From positions 105,524,001-105,588,000 of the forward strand of contig OZ024744.1 of assembly GCA_964016885.1 (NCBI GenBank): a stretch of DNA of 64,000 bases, written 5' to 3'. Source of the stretch: Eledone cirrhosa. Taxonomy: Eukaryota. Below, piece after piece: positions 1 through 15,000 of the stretch. The position numbers and the translations under genes were made by a program. How positions within the stretch are numbered: position 1 is the stretch's first letter; each line of letters begins with the position of its first letter. The notes beneath the pieces were generated by a model, which was given only the letters and a program-made list of their open reading frames with translations, was not told where the DNA came from and ran no database searches.

Positions 1-3000
1 GTCTGTGTCTACGGTTGTATGCCGTCTATGACTAGTCTGTGTCTACGGTTGTATGCTGTCTATGACTAGTCTGTGTCTACGATTGTATGCCCTCTATGAC
101 TAGTCTGTGTCTACGGTTGTATGCAGTCTATGACTAGTCAGTGTCTACGGTTGTATGGCGTCTATGACTAGTCTGTGTCTACGGTTGTATGCCATCTATG
201 ACTAGTCTGTGTCTACAGTTGTATGCCATCTATGACTAGTCTGTGTCAACAGTTGTATACCGTCTATGACTAGTCTGTGTCTACGGTTGTATGCCGTCTA
301 TGACTAGTCTGTGTGTACGGTTGTATGCCGTCTATGACTAGTCTATGTGTACGGTTGTATGCCGTCTATGACTAGTCTGTGTGTACGGTTGTATGCCGTC
401 TATGACTAGTCTGTGTGTACGGTTGTATGCCGTCTATGACTAGTGTGAGTCTACGGTTGTATGCCGTCTATGACTAGTCTGTATGTACGGTTCTATGCCG
501 TCTATGACTAGTCTGTGTCTAGGGTTGTATGCCGTCTATGACTAGCATGTGTGTACGGTTGTATGCCGTCTATGACTAGTCTGTGTATAGGGTTGTATGC
601 CGTCTATGACTAGTCTGTGTCTACGGTTGTAGGCCGTCTATGACTAGTCTGTGTCTACAGTTGTATGCCGTCTATGACTAGTCTGTGTCTACGGTTGTAT
701 GCCGTCTATGACTAGTCTGTGTCTACAGTTGTATGCCGTCTCTGACTAGTCTGTGTCTACGGTTGTATGCCGTCTATGACTAGTCTGTGTCTAAGGATGT
801 ATGCCGTCTATGACTAGTCTGTGTCTACGGTTGTATGCCGTCTATGACTAGTCTGTGTCTACAGTTGTATGCCGTCTATGACTAGTCTGTGTCTACGGTT
901 GTATGCCGTCTATGACTAGTCTGCGTCTACAGTTTTATGCCGTCTCTGACTAGTCTGTGTCTACGGTTGTATGCCGTCTATGACTGGTCTGTGTCTACGG
1001 TTGTATGCCGTCTATGACTAGTCTGTGTCTACAGTTGTATGCCGTCTATGACTAGTCTGTGTCTACGCTTGTATGCCGTCTATGACTAGTCTGTGTCTAC
1101 AGTTGTATGCCGTCTCTGACTAGTCTGTGTCTACGGTTGTATGCCATCTATGACTAGTCTGTGTCTACGGTTGTATGCCGTCTATGACTAGTCTGTGTCT
1201 ACGGTTGTATGCAGTCTATGACTAGTCTGTGTCTACGGTTGTATGCCGTATATGACTAGTCTGTGTCTACGGTTGTATGCCGTCTATGACTAGTCTGTGT
1301 CTACGGTTGTATGCCGTATATGACTAGTCTGTGTGTACGGTTGTATGCCATCGATGACTAGCCTGTGTGTACGGTTGTATGCCGTCTATGACTAGTCTGT
1401 GTCTACGGTTGTATGCCGTCTATGACTAATCTGTGTGTACGGTTGTATGCAGTCTATGACTAGTCTGTGTCTACGGTTGTATGCCGTCTATGACTAGTCT
1501 GTGTCTACGGTTGTATTCAGTATAAGACTAGTCTGATCCACGGTTGTATGCCGTCTATGACTAGTCTGTGTCTTCGGTTGTATGCCGTCTATGACTAGTC
1601 TGTGTCTACAGTTGTATGCCGTCTATGACTAGACTGTGTCTACAGTTGTATGCCGTCTATGAATAGTCTGTGTCTACGGTTGTATGCCGTCTATGACTAG
1701 TCTGAGTCTACGGTTGTATGCCGTCTATGACTAGTCTGTGTCTACGGTTTTATGCCGTCTATGACTAGTCTGATCCACGGTTGTATGCCGTATATGACTA
1801 GTCTGTGTGTACGGTTGTATGCAGTCTATGACTAGTCTGTGTCCACGGTTGTATGCAGTCTATGACTAGTGTGATCCACGGTTGTATGCCGTCTATGACT
1901 AGTCTGATCCACGGTTGTATGCCGTCTATGACTAGTCTGTGTCTACGGTTGTATGCAGTCTATGACTAGTCAGTGTCTACGGTTGTATGGCGTCTATGAC
2001 TAGTCTGTGTCTACAGTTGTATGCCATCTATGACTAGTCTGTGTCAACAGTTGTATACCGTCTATGACTAGTCTGTGTCTACGGTTGTATGCCGTCTATG
2101 ACTAGTCTGTGTGTACGGTTGTATGCCGTCTATGACTAGTCTGTGTGTACTGTTGTATGCCGTCTATGACTAGTCTGTGTGTACGGTTGTATGCCGTCTA
2201 TGACTAGTCTGTGTCTACGGTTGTATGCCATCTATGACTAGTCTGTGTCTACAGTTGTATGCCATCTATGACTAGTCTGTGTCAACAGTTGTATACTGTC
2301 TATGACTAGTCTGTGTCTACGGTTGTATGCCGTCTATGACTAGTCTGTGTGTACGGTTGTATGCCGTCTATGACTAGTCTGTGTGTACGGTTGTATGCCG
2401 TCTATGACTAGTCTGTGTGTACGGTTGTATGCCGTCTATGACTAGTCTGAGTCTACGGTTGTATGCCGTCTATGACTAGTCTGTGTGTACGGTTCTATGC
2501 CGTCTATGACTAGTCTGTGTCTAGGGTTGTATGCAGTCTATGACTAGTCTGTGTGTACGGTTGTATGCCGTCTATGACTAGTCTGTGTATACGGTTGTAT
2601 GCCGTCTATGACTAGTCTGTGTCTACGGTTGTATGCCGTCTATGACTAGTCTGTGTCTACGGTTGTATGCCGTCTATGACTAGTCTGTGTCTACAGTTGT
2701 ATGCCGTCACTGACTAGTCTGTGTCTACGGTTGTATGCCGTCTATGACTAGTCTGTGTCTACGGTTGTATGCCGTCTATGACTAGTCTGTGTCTACGGTT
2801 GTATGCCGTCTATGACTAGTCGGTGTCTACAGATTTATGCCGTCTCTGACTAGTCTGTGTCTACGGTTGTATGCCGTCTATGCCTGGTCTGTGTCTACGG
2901 TTGTATGCCGTCTATGACTAGTCTGTGTCTACAGTTGTATGCCGTCTATGACTAGTCTGTGTCTACGGTTGTATGCTGTCTATGACTAGTCTGTGTCTAC

Positions 3001-6000
3001 TGCTGTATGCAGTCTATGACTAGTCTGTGTCTACGGTTGTATGCAGGCTATGACTAGTCTGTGTCTACGGTTGTATGCCGTCTATGACTAGTCTGTGTGT
3101 ACGGTTGTATGCCGTCTATGACTAGTCTTTGTGTACGGTTGTATGCCGTCTATGACTAGTCTGTGTGTACGGTTGAATGCCGTCTATGACTAGTCTGTGT
3201 CTACGGTTGTATGCCGTCTATGACTAGTCTGTGTGTACTGTTCTATGCCGTCTATGACTAGTCTGTGTCTAGGGTTGTATGCCGTCTATGACTAGTCTGT
3301 GTGTACGGTTGTATGCCGTCTATGACTAGTCTGTGTATACGGTTGTATGCCGTCTATGACTAGTCTGTGTCTACGGTTGTATGCCGTCTATGACTAGTCT
3401 GTGTCTACAGTTGTATGCCGTCTATGACTAGTCTGTGTCTACGGTTTTATGCCGTCTATGACTAGTCTGTGTCTACAGTTGTATGCCTTCTCTGACTAGT
3501 CTGTGTCTACGGTTGTATGCCGTCTATGACTAGTCTGTGTCTACGGTTGTATGCCGTCTATGACTAGTCGGTGTCTACAGATTTATGCCGTCTCTGACTA
3601 GTCTGTGTCTACGGTTGTATGCCGTCTATGCCTGGTCTGTGTCTACGGTTGTATGCCGTCTATGACTAGTCTGTGTCTACAGTTGTATGCCGTCTATGAC
3701 TAGTCTGTGTCTACGGTTGTATGCTGTCTATGACTAGTCTGTGTCTACTGCTGTATGCAGTCTATGACTAGTCTGTGTCTACGGTTGTATGCAGGCTATG
3801 ACTAGTCTGTGTCTACGGTTGTATGCCGTCTATGACTAGTCTGTGTGTACGGTTGTATGCCGTCTATGACTAGTCTTTGTGTACGGTTGTATGCCGTCTA
3901 TGACTAGTCTGTGTGTACGGTTGAATGCCGTCTATGACTAGTCTGTGTCTACGGTTGTATGCCGTCTATGACTAGTCTGTGTGTACGGTTGTATGCCGTC
4001 TATGACTAGTCTGTGTCTACGGTTGTATGCCGTCTATGACTAGTCTGTGTGTATGGTTGTATGCCGTCTATGACTAGTCTGAGTCTACGGTTGTATGCCG
4101 TCTATGACTAGTCTGTGTGTACGGTTCTATGCCGTCTATGACTAGTCTGTGTCTAGGGTTGTATGCCGTCTATGACTAGTCTGTGTGTACGGTTGTATGC
4201 CGTCTATGACTAGTCTGTGTATACGGTTGTATGCCGTCTATGACTAGTCTGTGTCTACGGTTGTATGCCGTCTATGACTAGTCTGTGTCTACAGTTGTAT
4301 GCCGTCTATGACTAGTCTGTGTCTACGGTTTTATGCCGTCTATGACTAGTCTGTGTCTACAGTTGTATGCCTTCTCTGACTAGTCTGTGTCTACGGTTGT
4401 ATGCCGTCTATGACTAGTCTGTGTCTACGGTTGTATGCCGTCTATGACTAGTCTGTGTCTACGGTTGTATGCCGTCTATGACTAGTCTGTGTCTACAGTT
4501 GTATGCCGTCTATGACTAGTCTGTGTCTACGGTTGTATGCCGTCTATGACTAGTCTGTGTCTACAGTTTTATGCCGTCTATGACTAGTCTGTGTCTACGG
4601 TTGTATTCAGTATAAGACTAGTCTGATCCACGGTTGTATGCCGTCTATGACTAGTCTGTGTCTTCGGTTGTATGCCGTCTATGACTAGTCTGTGTCTACG
4701 GTTGTATGCCGTCTATGACTAGTCTGTGTCTACGGTTGTATGTCATCTATGGCTAGTCTGTGTGTACGGTTGTATGCCGTCTATGACTAGTCTGTGTCTA
4801 CGGTTGTATGCCGTCTATGACTAGTCTGTGTCTACGGTTGTATGCCGTCTATGACTAGTCTGTGTGTACGGTTGTATGCCGTCTATGACTAGTCTGTGTC
4901 TACGGTTGTATGCCGTCTATGACTAGTCTGAGTCTACGATTGTATGCCGTCTATGACTAGTCTGTGTCTACGGTTGTATGCCGTCTATGATTAGTCTGTG
5001 TGTACGGTTGTATGCAGTCTATGACTAGTCTGTGTCTACAGTTGTATGCCGTCTATGACTAGTCTGTGTCTACGGTTGTATGCAGTCTATGACTAGTCTG
5101 TGTCTACAGTTGTATGCCGTCTATGACTAGACTGTGTCTACAGTTGTATGCCGTCTATGACTAGTCTGTGTCTACGGTTGTATGCCGTATATGACTAGTC
5201 TGAGTCTACGGTTGTATGCCGTCTATGACTAGTCTGTGTCTACGGTTGTATGCCGTCTATGACTAGTCTGATCCACGGTTGTATGCCGTATATGACTAGT
5301 CTGTGTGTACGGTTGTATGCCGTCTATGACTAGTCTGATCCACGGTTGTATGCAGTCTATGACTAGTGTGATCCACGGTTGTATGCCGTCTATGACTAGT
5401 CTGATCCACGGTTGTATGCCGTCTATGACTAGTCTGTGTCTACGGTTGTATGCAGTCTATGACTAGTCAGTGTCTACGGTTGTATGGCGTCTATGACTAG
5501 TCTGTGTCTACAGTTGTATGCCATCTATGACTAGTCTGTGTCAACAGTTGTATACCGTCTATGACTAGTCTGTGTCTACGGTTGTATGCCGTCTATGACT
5601 AGTCTGTGTGTACGGTTGTATGCCGTCTATGACTAGTCTGTGTGTACTGTTGTATGCCGTCTATGACTAGTCTGTGTGTACGGTTGTATGCCGTCTATGA
5701 CTAGTCTGTGTGTACGGTTGTATGCCGTCTATGACTAGTCTGAGTCTACGGTTGTATGCCGTCTATGACTAGTCTGTGTGTACGGTTCTATGCCGTCTAT
5801 GACTAGTCTGTGTCTACGGTTGTATGCCGTCTATGACTAGTCTGTGTCTACAGTTGTATGCCGTCTCTGACTAGTCTGTGTCTACGGTTGTATGCCGTCT
5901 ATGACTAGTCTGTGTCTACGGTTGTATGCCGTCTATGACTAGTCTGTGTCTACGGTTGTATGCCGTCTATGACTAGTCTGTGTCTACAGTTGTATGCCGT

Positions 6001-9000
6001 CTATGACTAGTCTGTGTCTACGGTTGTATGCCGTCTATGACTAGTCTGTGTCTACAGTTTTATGCCGTCTCTGACTAGTCTGTGGCTACGGTTGTATGCC
6101 GTCTATGACTGGTCTGTTCTACGGTTTTATGCCGTCTATGACTACTCTGTGTCTACAGTTGTATGCCGTCTATGACTAGTCTGTGTCTACGGTTGTATGC
6201 CGTCTATAACTAGTCTGTGTCTACAGTTGTATGCCGTCTCTGACTAGTCTGTGTCTACGGTTGTATGCCATCTATGACTAGTCGGTGTCTACGGTTGTAT
6301 GCCGTCTATGACTAGTCTGTGTCTACGGTTGTATGCCGTCTATGACTAGTCTGTGTCTACGGTTGTATGCCGTATATGACTAGTCTGTGTCTACGGTTGT
6401 ATGCCGTCTATGACTAGTGTGTGTCTACGGTTGTATGCCGTATATGACTAGTCTGTGTGTACGGTTGTATGCCATCTATGACTAGTCTGTGTGTACGGTT
6501 GTATGCCATCTATGACTAGTCTGTGTCTACGGTTGTATGCCGTATATGACTAGTCTGTGTGTACGGTTGTATGCCATCTATGACTAGTCTGTGTCTACGG
6601 TTGTATGCCGTCTATGACTAGTCTGTGTCTACGGTTGTATGCCGTCTATGACTAGTCTGTATCTACGGTTCTATGCCGTATATGACTAGTCTGTGTCTAC
6701 GGTTTTATGCCGTCTATGACTAGTCTGTGTCTACGGTTGTATGCCATTAATGACTAGTCTGTGTGTACGGTTGTATGTCATCTATGACTAGACTGTGTGT
6801 ACGGTTGTATGCATCTATGACTAGCCTGTGTGTACGGTTGTATGCCGTCTATGACTAGTCTGTGTCTACAGTTGTATGCCGTCTATGACTAGTCTGTATC
6901 TACGGTTGTATTCAGTCTATGACTAGTCTGATCCACGGTTGTATGCCGTCTATGACTAGTCTGTGTCTTCGGTTGTATGCCGTCTATGACTAGTCTGTGT
7001 CTACGGTTGTATGCCGTCTATGACTAGTCTGTGACTACGGTTGTATGCCATCTATGACTAGTCTGTGTGTACGGTTGTATGCCGTCTATGACTAGTCTGT
7101 GTCTACGGTTGTATGCCGTCTATGACTAGTCTGTGTCTACGTTTGTATGCCGTCTATGACTAGTCTGTGTGTACGGTTGTATGCCGTCTATGACTAGTCT
7201 GTGTCTACGGTTGTATGCCGTCTATGACTAGTCTGAGTCTACGATTGTATGCCGTCTATGACTAGTCTGTGTCTACGGTTGTATGCCGTCTATGATTAGT
7301 CTGTGTGTACGGTTGTATGCAGTATGTGACTAGTCTGTGTCTACAGTTGTATGCCGTCTATGAGTAGTCTGTGTCTACGGTTGTATGCAGTCTATGACTA
7401 GTCTGTGTCTACAGTTGTATGCCGTCTATGACTAGACTGTGTCTACAGTTGTATGCCGTCTATGACTAGTCTGTGTCTACGGTTGTATGCCGTCTATCAC
7501 TAGTCTGAGTCTACGGTTGTATGCCGTCTATGACTAGTCTGTGTCTACGGTTGTATGCCGTCTATGACTAGTCTGATCCACGGTTGTATGCCGTATATGA
7601 CTAGTCTGTGTGTACGGTTGTATGCAGTCTATGACTATTCTGTGTCCACGGTTGTATGCCGTCTATGAGTAGTCTGTGTGTACGGTTGTATGCAGTCTAT
7701 GACTAGTCTGTGTCTACAGTTGTATGCCATCTATGACTAGTCTGTGTCTACTGCTGTATGCAGTCTATGACTAGTCTGTGTCTACGGTTGTATGCCATCT
7801 ATGACTAGTTTGTGTCTAAGGTTGTATGCCGTCTATGACTAGTCTGTGTCTATGTTTGTATGCCGTCCATGACTTGTCTGTGTCTACAGTTGTATGCAGT
7901 CTATGACTAGTCTGTGTCTATGGTTGTATGCCGTCTATGACTAGTCTGTGTCTACGGTTGTATGTCGTCTATGACTTGTCTGTGTCTACGTTTGTATGCC
8001 GTCTATGACTAGTCTGTGTCTTCGGTTGTATGCCGTCTATGACTAGTCTGTGTCTACGGTTGTATGCCGTCTATAACTAATCTGTGTCTACTGCTGTATG
8101 CAATCTATGACTAGTCTGTGTCTACGGTTGTATGCCGTCTATGACTAGTCTGTGTGTACGGTTGTATGCCGTCTATGACTAGTCTGTGTGTACGGTTGTA
8201 TGCCGTCTATGACTAGTCTGTGTGTACGGTTGAATGCTGTCTATGACTAGTCTGTGTCTACGGTTGTATGCCGTCTATGACTAGTCTGTGTGTACGGTTG
8301 TATGCCGTCTATGACTAGTCTGAGTCTACGGTTGTATGCCGTCTATGACTAGTCTGTGTGTACGGTTGTATGCCCTCTATGACTAGTCTGTGTCTAGGGT
8401 TGTATGCCGTCTATGACTAGTCTGTGTGTACGGTTGTATGCCGTCTATGACTAGTCTGTGTCTACGGTTGTATGCCGTCTATGACTAGTCTGTGTCTACA
8501 GTTGTATGCCGTATATGACTAGTCTGTGTCTACGGTTGTATGCCGTCTATGACTAGTCTGTGTCTACAGTTTTAGGCCGTCTCTGACTAGTCTCTGTCTA
8601 CGGTTGTATGCCGTCTATGACTGGTTTGTGTCTACGGTTGTATGCCGTCTATGACTAGTCTGTGTCTACAGTTGTATGCCGTCTATGACTAGTCTGTGTC
8701 TACGGTTGTATGCCGTCTATGACTAGTCTGTGTCTACAGTTGTATGCCGTCTATGACTAGTCTGTGTCTACGGTTGTATACCATCTATGACTAGTCTGTG
8801 TCTACGGTTGTATGCCGTCTATGACTAGTCTGTGTCTACGGTTTTATGCCGTCTATACTAGTCTGTGTCTACGGTTGTATGCCGTATATGACTAGTCTGT
8901 GTCTCCGGTTGTATGCCGTCTATGACTAGTCTGTGTCTACGGTTGTATGCCGTATATGACTAGTCTGTGTGTACGGTTGTATGCCATCTATGACTAGTCT

Positions 9001-12000
9001 CTGTGTACGGTTTATGCCATCTATGACTAGTCTGTGTCTACGGTTGTATGACGTCTATGACTAGTCTGTGTCTACGGTTGTATGCGGTCTATGACTAGTC
9101 TGTGTCTACGGTTGTATGCCGTCTATGACTAGTCTGTGTCTACGGTTGTATGACGTCTATGACTAGTCTGTGTCTACGGTTGTATGCCATCTATGACTAG
9201 TCTGTGTGTACGGTTGTATGCCGTCTATGACTAGTCTGTGTGTACGGTTGTATGCAGTCTATGACTAGTCTGTGTCTACGGTTGTATGCCGTCTATGACT
9301 AGTCTGATCCACGGTTGTATGCCGTCTATGACTAGTCTGTGTCTTCGGTTGTATGCCGTCTATGACTAGTCTGTGTCTACGGTTGTATGCCGTCTATGAC
9401 TAGTCTGTGACTACGGTTGTATGCCATCTATGACTAGTCTGTGTGTACGGTTGTATGCCGTCTATGACTAGTCTGTGTCTACGGTTGTATGCCGTCTATG
9501 ACTAGTCTGTGTCTACGGTTGTATGCCGTCTATGACTAGTCTGTGTGTACGGTTGTATGCCGTCTATGACTAGTCTGTGTCTACGGTTGTATGCCGTCTA
9601 TGACTAGTCTGAGTCTACGATTGTATGCCGTCTATGACTAGTCTGTGTCTACGGTTGTATGCCGTCTATGATTAGTCTGTGTGTACGGTTGTATGCAGTA
9701 TGTGACTAGTCTGTGTCTACAGTTGTATGCCGTCTATGAGTAGTCTGTGTCTACGGTTGTATGCAGTCTATGACTAGTCTGTGTCTACAGTTGTATGCCG
9801 TCTGTGACTAGACTGTGTCTACAGTTGTATGCCGTCTATGACTAGTCTGTGTCTACGGTTGTATGCCGTCTATGACTAGTCTGAGTCTACGGTTGTATGC
9901 CGTCTATGACTAGTCTGTGTCTACGGTTGTATGCCGTCTATGACTAGTCTGATCCACGGTTGTATGCCGTATATGACTAGTCTGTGTGTACGGTTGTATG
10001 CAGTCTATGACTAGTCTGTGTCCACGGTGGTATGCCGTCTATGAGTAGTCTGTGTGTACGGTTGTATGCAGTCTATGACTAGTCTGTGTCTACAGTTGTA
10101 TGCCATCTATGACTAGTCTGTGTCTACTGCTGTATGCAGTCTATGACTAGTCTGTGTCTACGGTTGTATGCCATCTATGACTAGTTTGTGTCTACGGTTG
10201 TATGCCGTCTATGACTAGTCTGTGTCTATGTTTGTATGCCGTCTATGACTTGTCTGTGTCTACAGTTGTATGCAGTCTATGACTAGTCTGTGTCTATGGT
10301 TGTATGCCGTCTATGACTAGTCTGTGTCTACGGTTGTATGTCGTCTATGACTTGTCTGTGTCTACGGTTGTATGCCGTCTATGACTAGTCTGTGTCTTCG
10401 GTTGTATGCCGTCTATGACTAGTCTGTGTCTACGGTTGTATGCCGTCTATAACTAATCTGTGTCTACTGCTGTTTGCAATCTATGACTAGTCTGTGTCTA
10501 CGGTTGTATGCCGTCTATGACTAGTCTGTGTGTACGGTTGTATGCCGTCTATGACTATTCTGTGTGTACGGTTGTATGCCGTCTATGACTAGTCTGTGTG
10601 TACGGTTGAATGCTGTCTATGACTAGTCTGTGTCTACGGTTGTATGCCGTCTATGACTAGTTTGTGTGTACGGTTGTATGCCGTCTATGACTAGTCTGAG
10701 TCTACGGTTGTATGCCGTCTATGACTAGTCTGTGTGTACGGTTGTATGTCCTCTATGACTAGTCTGTGTCTAGGGTTGTATGCCGTCTATGACTAGTCTG
10801 TGTGTACGGTTGTATGCCGTCTATGACTAGTCTGTGTCTACGGTTGTATGCCGTCTATGACTAGTCTGTGTCTACAGTTGTATGCCGTATATGACTAGTC
10901 TGTGTCTACGGTTGTATGCCGTCTATGACTAGTCTGTGTCTACAGTTTTATGCCGTCTCTGACTAGTCTCTGTCTACGGTTGTATGCCGTCTATGACTGG
11001 TTTGTGTCTACGGTTGTATGCGTCTATGACTAGTCTGTGTCTACAGTTGTATGCCGTCTATGACTAGTCTGTGTCTACGGTTGTATGCCGTCTATGACTA
11101 GTCTGTGTCTACAGTTGTATGCCGTCTCTGACTAGTCTGTGTCTACGGTTGTATACCATCTATGACTAGTCTGTGTCTACGGTTGTATGCCGTCTATGAC
11201 TAGTCTGTGTCTACGGTTGTATGCCGTCCATACTAGTCTGTGTCTAAGGTTGTATGCCGTATATGACTAGTCTGTGTCTACGGTTGTATGCCGTCTATGA
11301 CTAGTCTGTGTCTACAGTTGTATGCCGTATATGACTAGTCTGTGTGTACGGTTGTATGCCATCTATGACTAGTCTCTGTGTACGGTTTATGCCATCTATG
11401 ACTAGTCTGTGTCTACGGTTGTATGACGTCTATGACTAGTATGTGTCTACGGTTGTATGCGGTCTATGACTAGTCTGTGTCTACGGTTGTATGCCGTCTA
11501 TGACTAGTCTGTGTCTACGGTTGTATGACGTCTATGACTAGTCTGTGTCTACGGTTGTATGCCATCTATGACTAGTCTGTGTGTACGGTTGTATGCCGTC
11601 TATGACTAGTCTGTGTGTACGGTTGTATGCAGTCTATGACTAGTCTGTGTCTACGGTTGTATGCCGTCTATGACTAGTCTGTGTCTACGGTTGTATGCCG
11701 TCTATGACTTGTCTGTGTCTATGGTTGTATGCCGTCTATGACTAGTCTGTGTCTACGGTTGTATGCCGTCTATGACTAGTCTGTGTCTACAGTTGTATGC
11801 CGTCTATGACTAGTCTGTGTCTACGGTTGTATGCAGTCTATGACTAGTCTGATCCACGGTTGTATGCCGTCTGTGACTAGTCAGTGTCTTCGGTTGTATG
11901 CCGTCTATGACTAGTCTGTGTCTACGGTTGTATGCCGTCTATGACTAGTCTGTGTCTACGGTTGTATGCCATCTATGACTAGTCTGTGTGTACGGTTGTA

Positions 12001-15000
12001 TGCCGTCTATGACTAGTCTGTGTCTACGGTTGTATGCCGTCTATGACTAGTCTGTGTCTACGGTTGTATGCCGTCTATGACTAGTCTGTGTGTACGGTTG
12101 TATGCCGTCTATGACTAGTCTGTGTCTACGGTTGTATGCCGTCTATGACTAGTCTGTGTCTACAGTTGTATGCCGTCTATGACTAGTCTGTGTCTACAGT
12201 TGTATGCCGTCTATGACTAGACTGTGTCTACAGTTGTATGCCGTCTATGACTAGTCTCTGTCTACGGTTGTATGCCGTCTATGACTAGTCTGATTCTACG
12301 GTTGTATGCCGTCTATGACTAGTCTATGTCTACGGTTGTATGCCGTCTATGACTAGTCTGATCCACGGTTGTATGCCGTATATGACTAGTCTGTGTGTAC
12401 GGTTGTATGCAGTCTATGACTAGTCTGTGTCCACGGTTGTATGCCTGCTATGACTAGTCTGTGTGTACGGTTGTATGCAGTCTATGACTAGTCTGTGTCT
12501 ACAGTTGTATGCTATCTATGACTAGTCTGTGTCTACTGCTGTATGCAGTCTATGACTAGTCTGTGTCTACGGTTGTATGCCATCTATGACTAGTTTGTGT
12601 CTACGGTTGTATGCCGTCTATGACTAGTCTGTGTCTATGGTTGTATACCGTCTATGACTTGTCTGTGTCTACAGTTGTATGCAGTCTATGACTAGTCTGT
12701 GTCTATGGTTGTATGCCGTCTATGACTAGTCTGTGTCTACGGTTGTATGCCGTCTATGACTAGTCTGTGTGTACGGTTGTATGCAGTCTATGACTAGTCT
12801 GTGTCTACAGTTGTATGCCATCTATGACTAGTCTGTGTCTACTGCTGTATGCAGTCTATGACTAGTCTGTGTCTATGGTTGTATGCCGTCTATGACTTGT
12901 CTGTGTCTACAGTTGTATGCAGTCTATGACTAGTCTGTGTCTATGGTTGTATGCCGTCTATGACTAGTCTGTGTCTACAGTTGTATGCCGGCTATGACTA
13001 GTCTGTGTCTACAGTTGTATACCGTCTATGACTTGTCTATGTCTACGGTTGTGTACCGTCTATGACTAGTCTGTGACTACGGTTGTATGCCGTCTATGAC
13101 TAGTCTGTGTCTACGGTTGTATGCCGTCTATGACTAGTCTGTGTCTACGGTTGTATGCCGTCTATGACTATTCTGTGTCTACGGTTGTATGCTGTATATG
13201 ACGAGTCTGTGTCTTCGGTTGTATGCAGTCTATGACTAGTCTGTGTTTACGGTTGTATGCCGTCTATGACTAGTCTGTGTCTACGGTTGTATGCCGTATA
13301 TGACTAGTCTGTGTCTACGGTTGTATGCAGTCTATGACTAGTCTGTGTCTACGGTTGTATGCCGTCTATGACTAGTCTGGGTCTACGGTTGTATGCCGTC
13401 TATGACTAGTCTGTGTCTACGGTTGTATGCCGGCTATGACTAGTCTGTGTCTACAGTTGTATACCGTCTATGACTTGTCTATGTCTACGGTTGTATACCG
13501 TCTATGACTAGTCTGTGTCTATGGTTGTATGCCGTCTATGACTAGTCTGAGTCTACGGTTGTATACAGTCTATGACTAGTCTGTGTGTACGGTTGTATGC
13601 CGTATATGTTTAGTCTGTGTCTACGGTTGTATGCCGTCTATGACTAGTCTGTGTCTACGGTTGTATGCTGTCTATGACTAGTCTGTGTCTACGGTTGTAT
13701 GCCGTCTATGACTAGTCTGTGTCTACGGTTGTATGCAGTCTATGATTAGTCTGTGTGTACGGGTGTATGCCGTCTATGACTAGTCTGTGTCTACGGTTGT
13801 ATGCCGTCTATGACTAGTCTGTGTCTACAGTTGTTTGCCGTTTATGTCTAGTCTGTGTGTACGGTTGTATGCCGTCTATGACTAGTCTGTGTGTACGGGT
13901 GTATGCCGTCTATGACTAGTCTTTGTCTACAGTTGTATGCCGTCTATGACTAGTCTGTGTCTACAGTTGTATACCGTCTATGACTTGTCTATGTCTACAG
14001 TGGTATGCCGTCTATGACTAGTCTGTGTCTACGGTTGTATGCCGTCTATGACTAGTCTGTGTCTACGGTTATATGCCGTCTATGACTAGTCTGTGTCTAG
14101 AGTTGTATGCCATCTATGACTAGTCTGTGTCTACTGCTGTATGCAGTCTATGACTAGTCTGTGTCTACGGTTGTATGCAGGCTATGACTAGTCATTGTCT
14201 ACGGTTGTATGCAGGCTATGACTAGTCTGTGTCTACGGTCGTATGCCGTCTATGACTAGTCTGTGTCTACGGTTGTATGCCGTCTATGACTAGTCTGTGT
14301 CTACGGTTGTATGCCGTCTATGACTTGTCAGTGTGTACGGTTGTATCCCGTCTATGACTAGTCTGTGTGTACGGTTGTATGCCGTCTATGACTAGTCTGT
14401 GTCTACGGTTGAATGCCGTCTATGACTAGTCTGTGTCTACGGTTGTATGCCATCTATGACTAGTCTGTGTGTACGGTTGTATGCCGTCTATGACTAGTCT
14501 GTGTCTACGGTTGTATGCCGTCTATGACTAGTCTGTGTCTACGGTTGTATGTCGTCTATGACTAGTCTGTGTCAACGGTTGTATGCCGTCTATGACTAGT
14601 CTGTGTGTACGGTTGTATGCCGTCTATGACTAGTCTGTGTCTACGGTTGTATGCCGTCTATGACTAGTCTGTGTCTACTGTTGTATGCAGTCTATGACTA
14701 GTCTGTGTCTACGGTTGTATGCCGTCTATGACTAGTCTGTGTCTACGGTTGTATGCTGTCTATGACTAGTCTGTGTCTACGATTGTATGCCGTCTATGAC
14801 TAGTCTGTGTCTACGGTTGTATGCCGTCTATGACTAGTCTGTGTCTACGGTTGTATGCCGTCTATGATTAGTCTGTGTCTGCGTTTGTATGCCGTCTATG
14901 ACTAGTCTGAGTCTACAGTTGTATGCAGTCTATGACTAGTCTGTGTCTACGGTTGTATGCCGTCTATGACTAGTCTGTGTCTACGGTTGTATGCCGTCTA

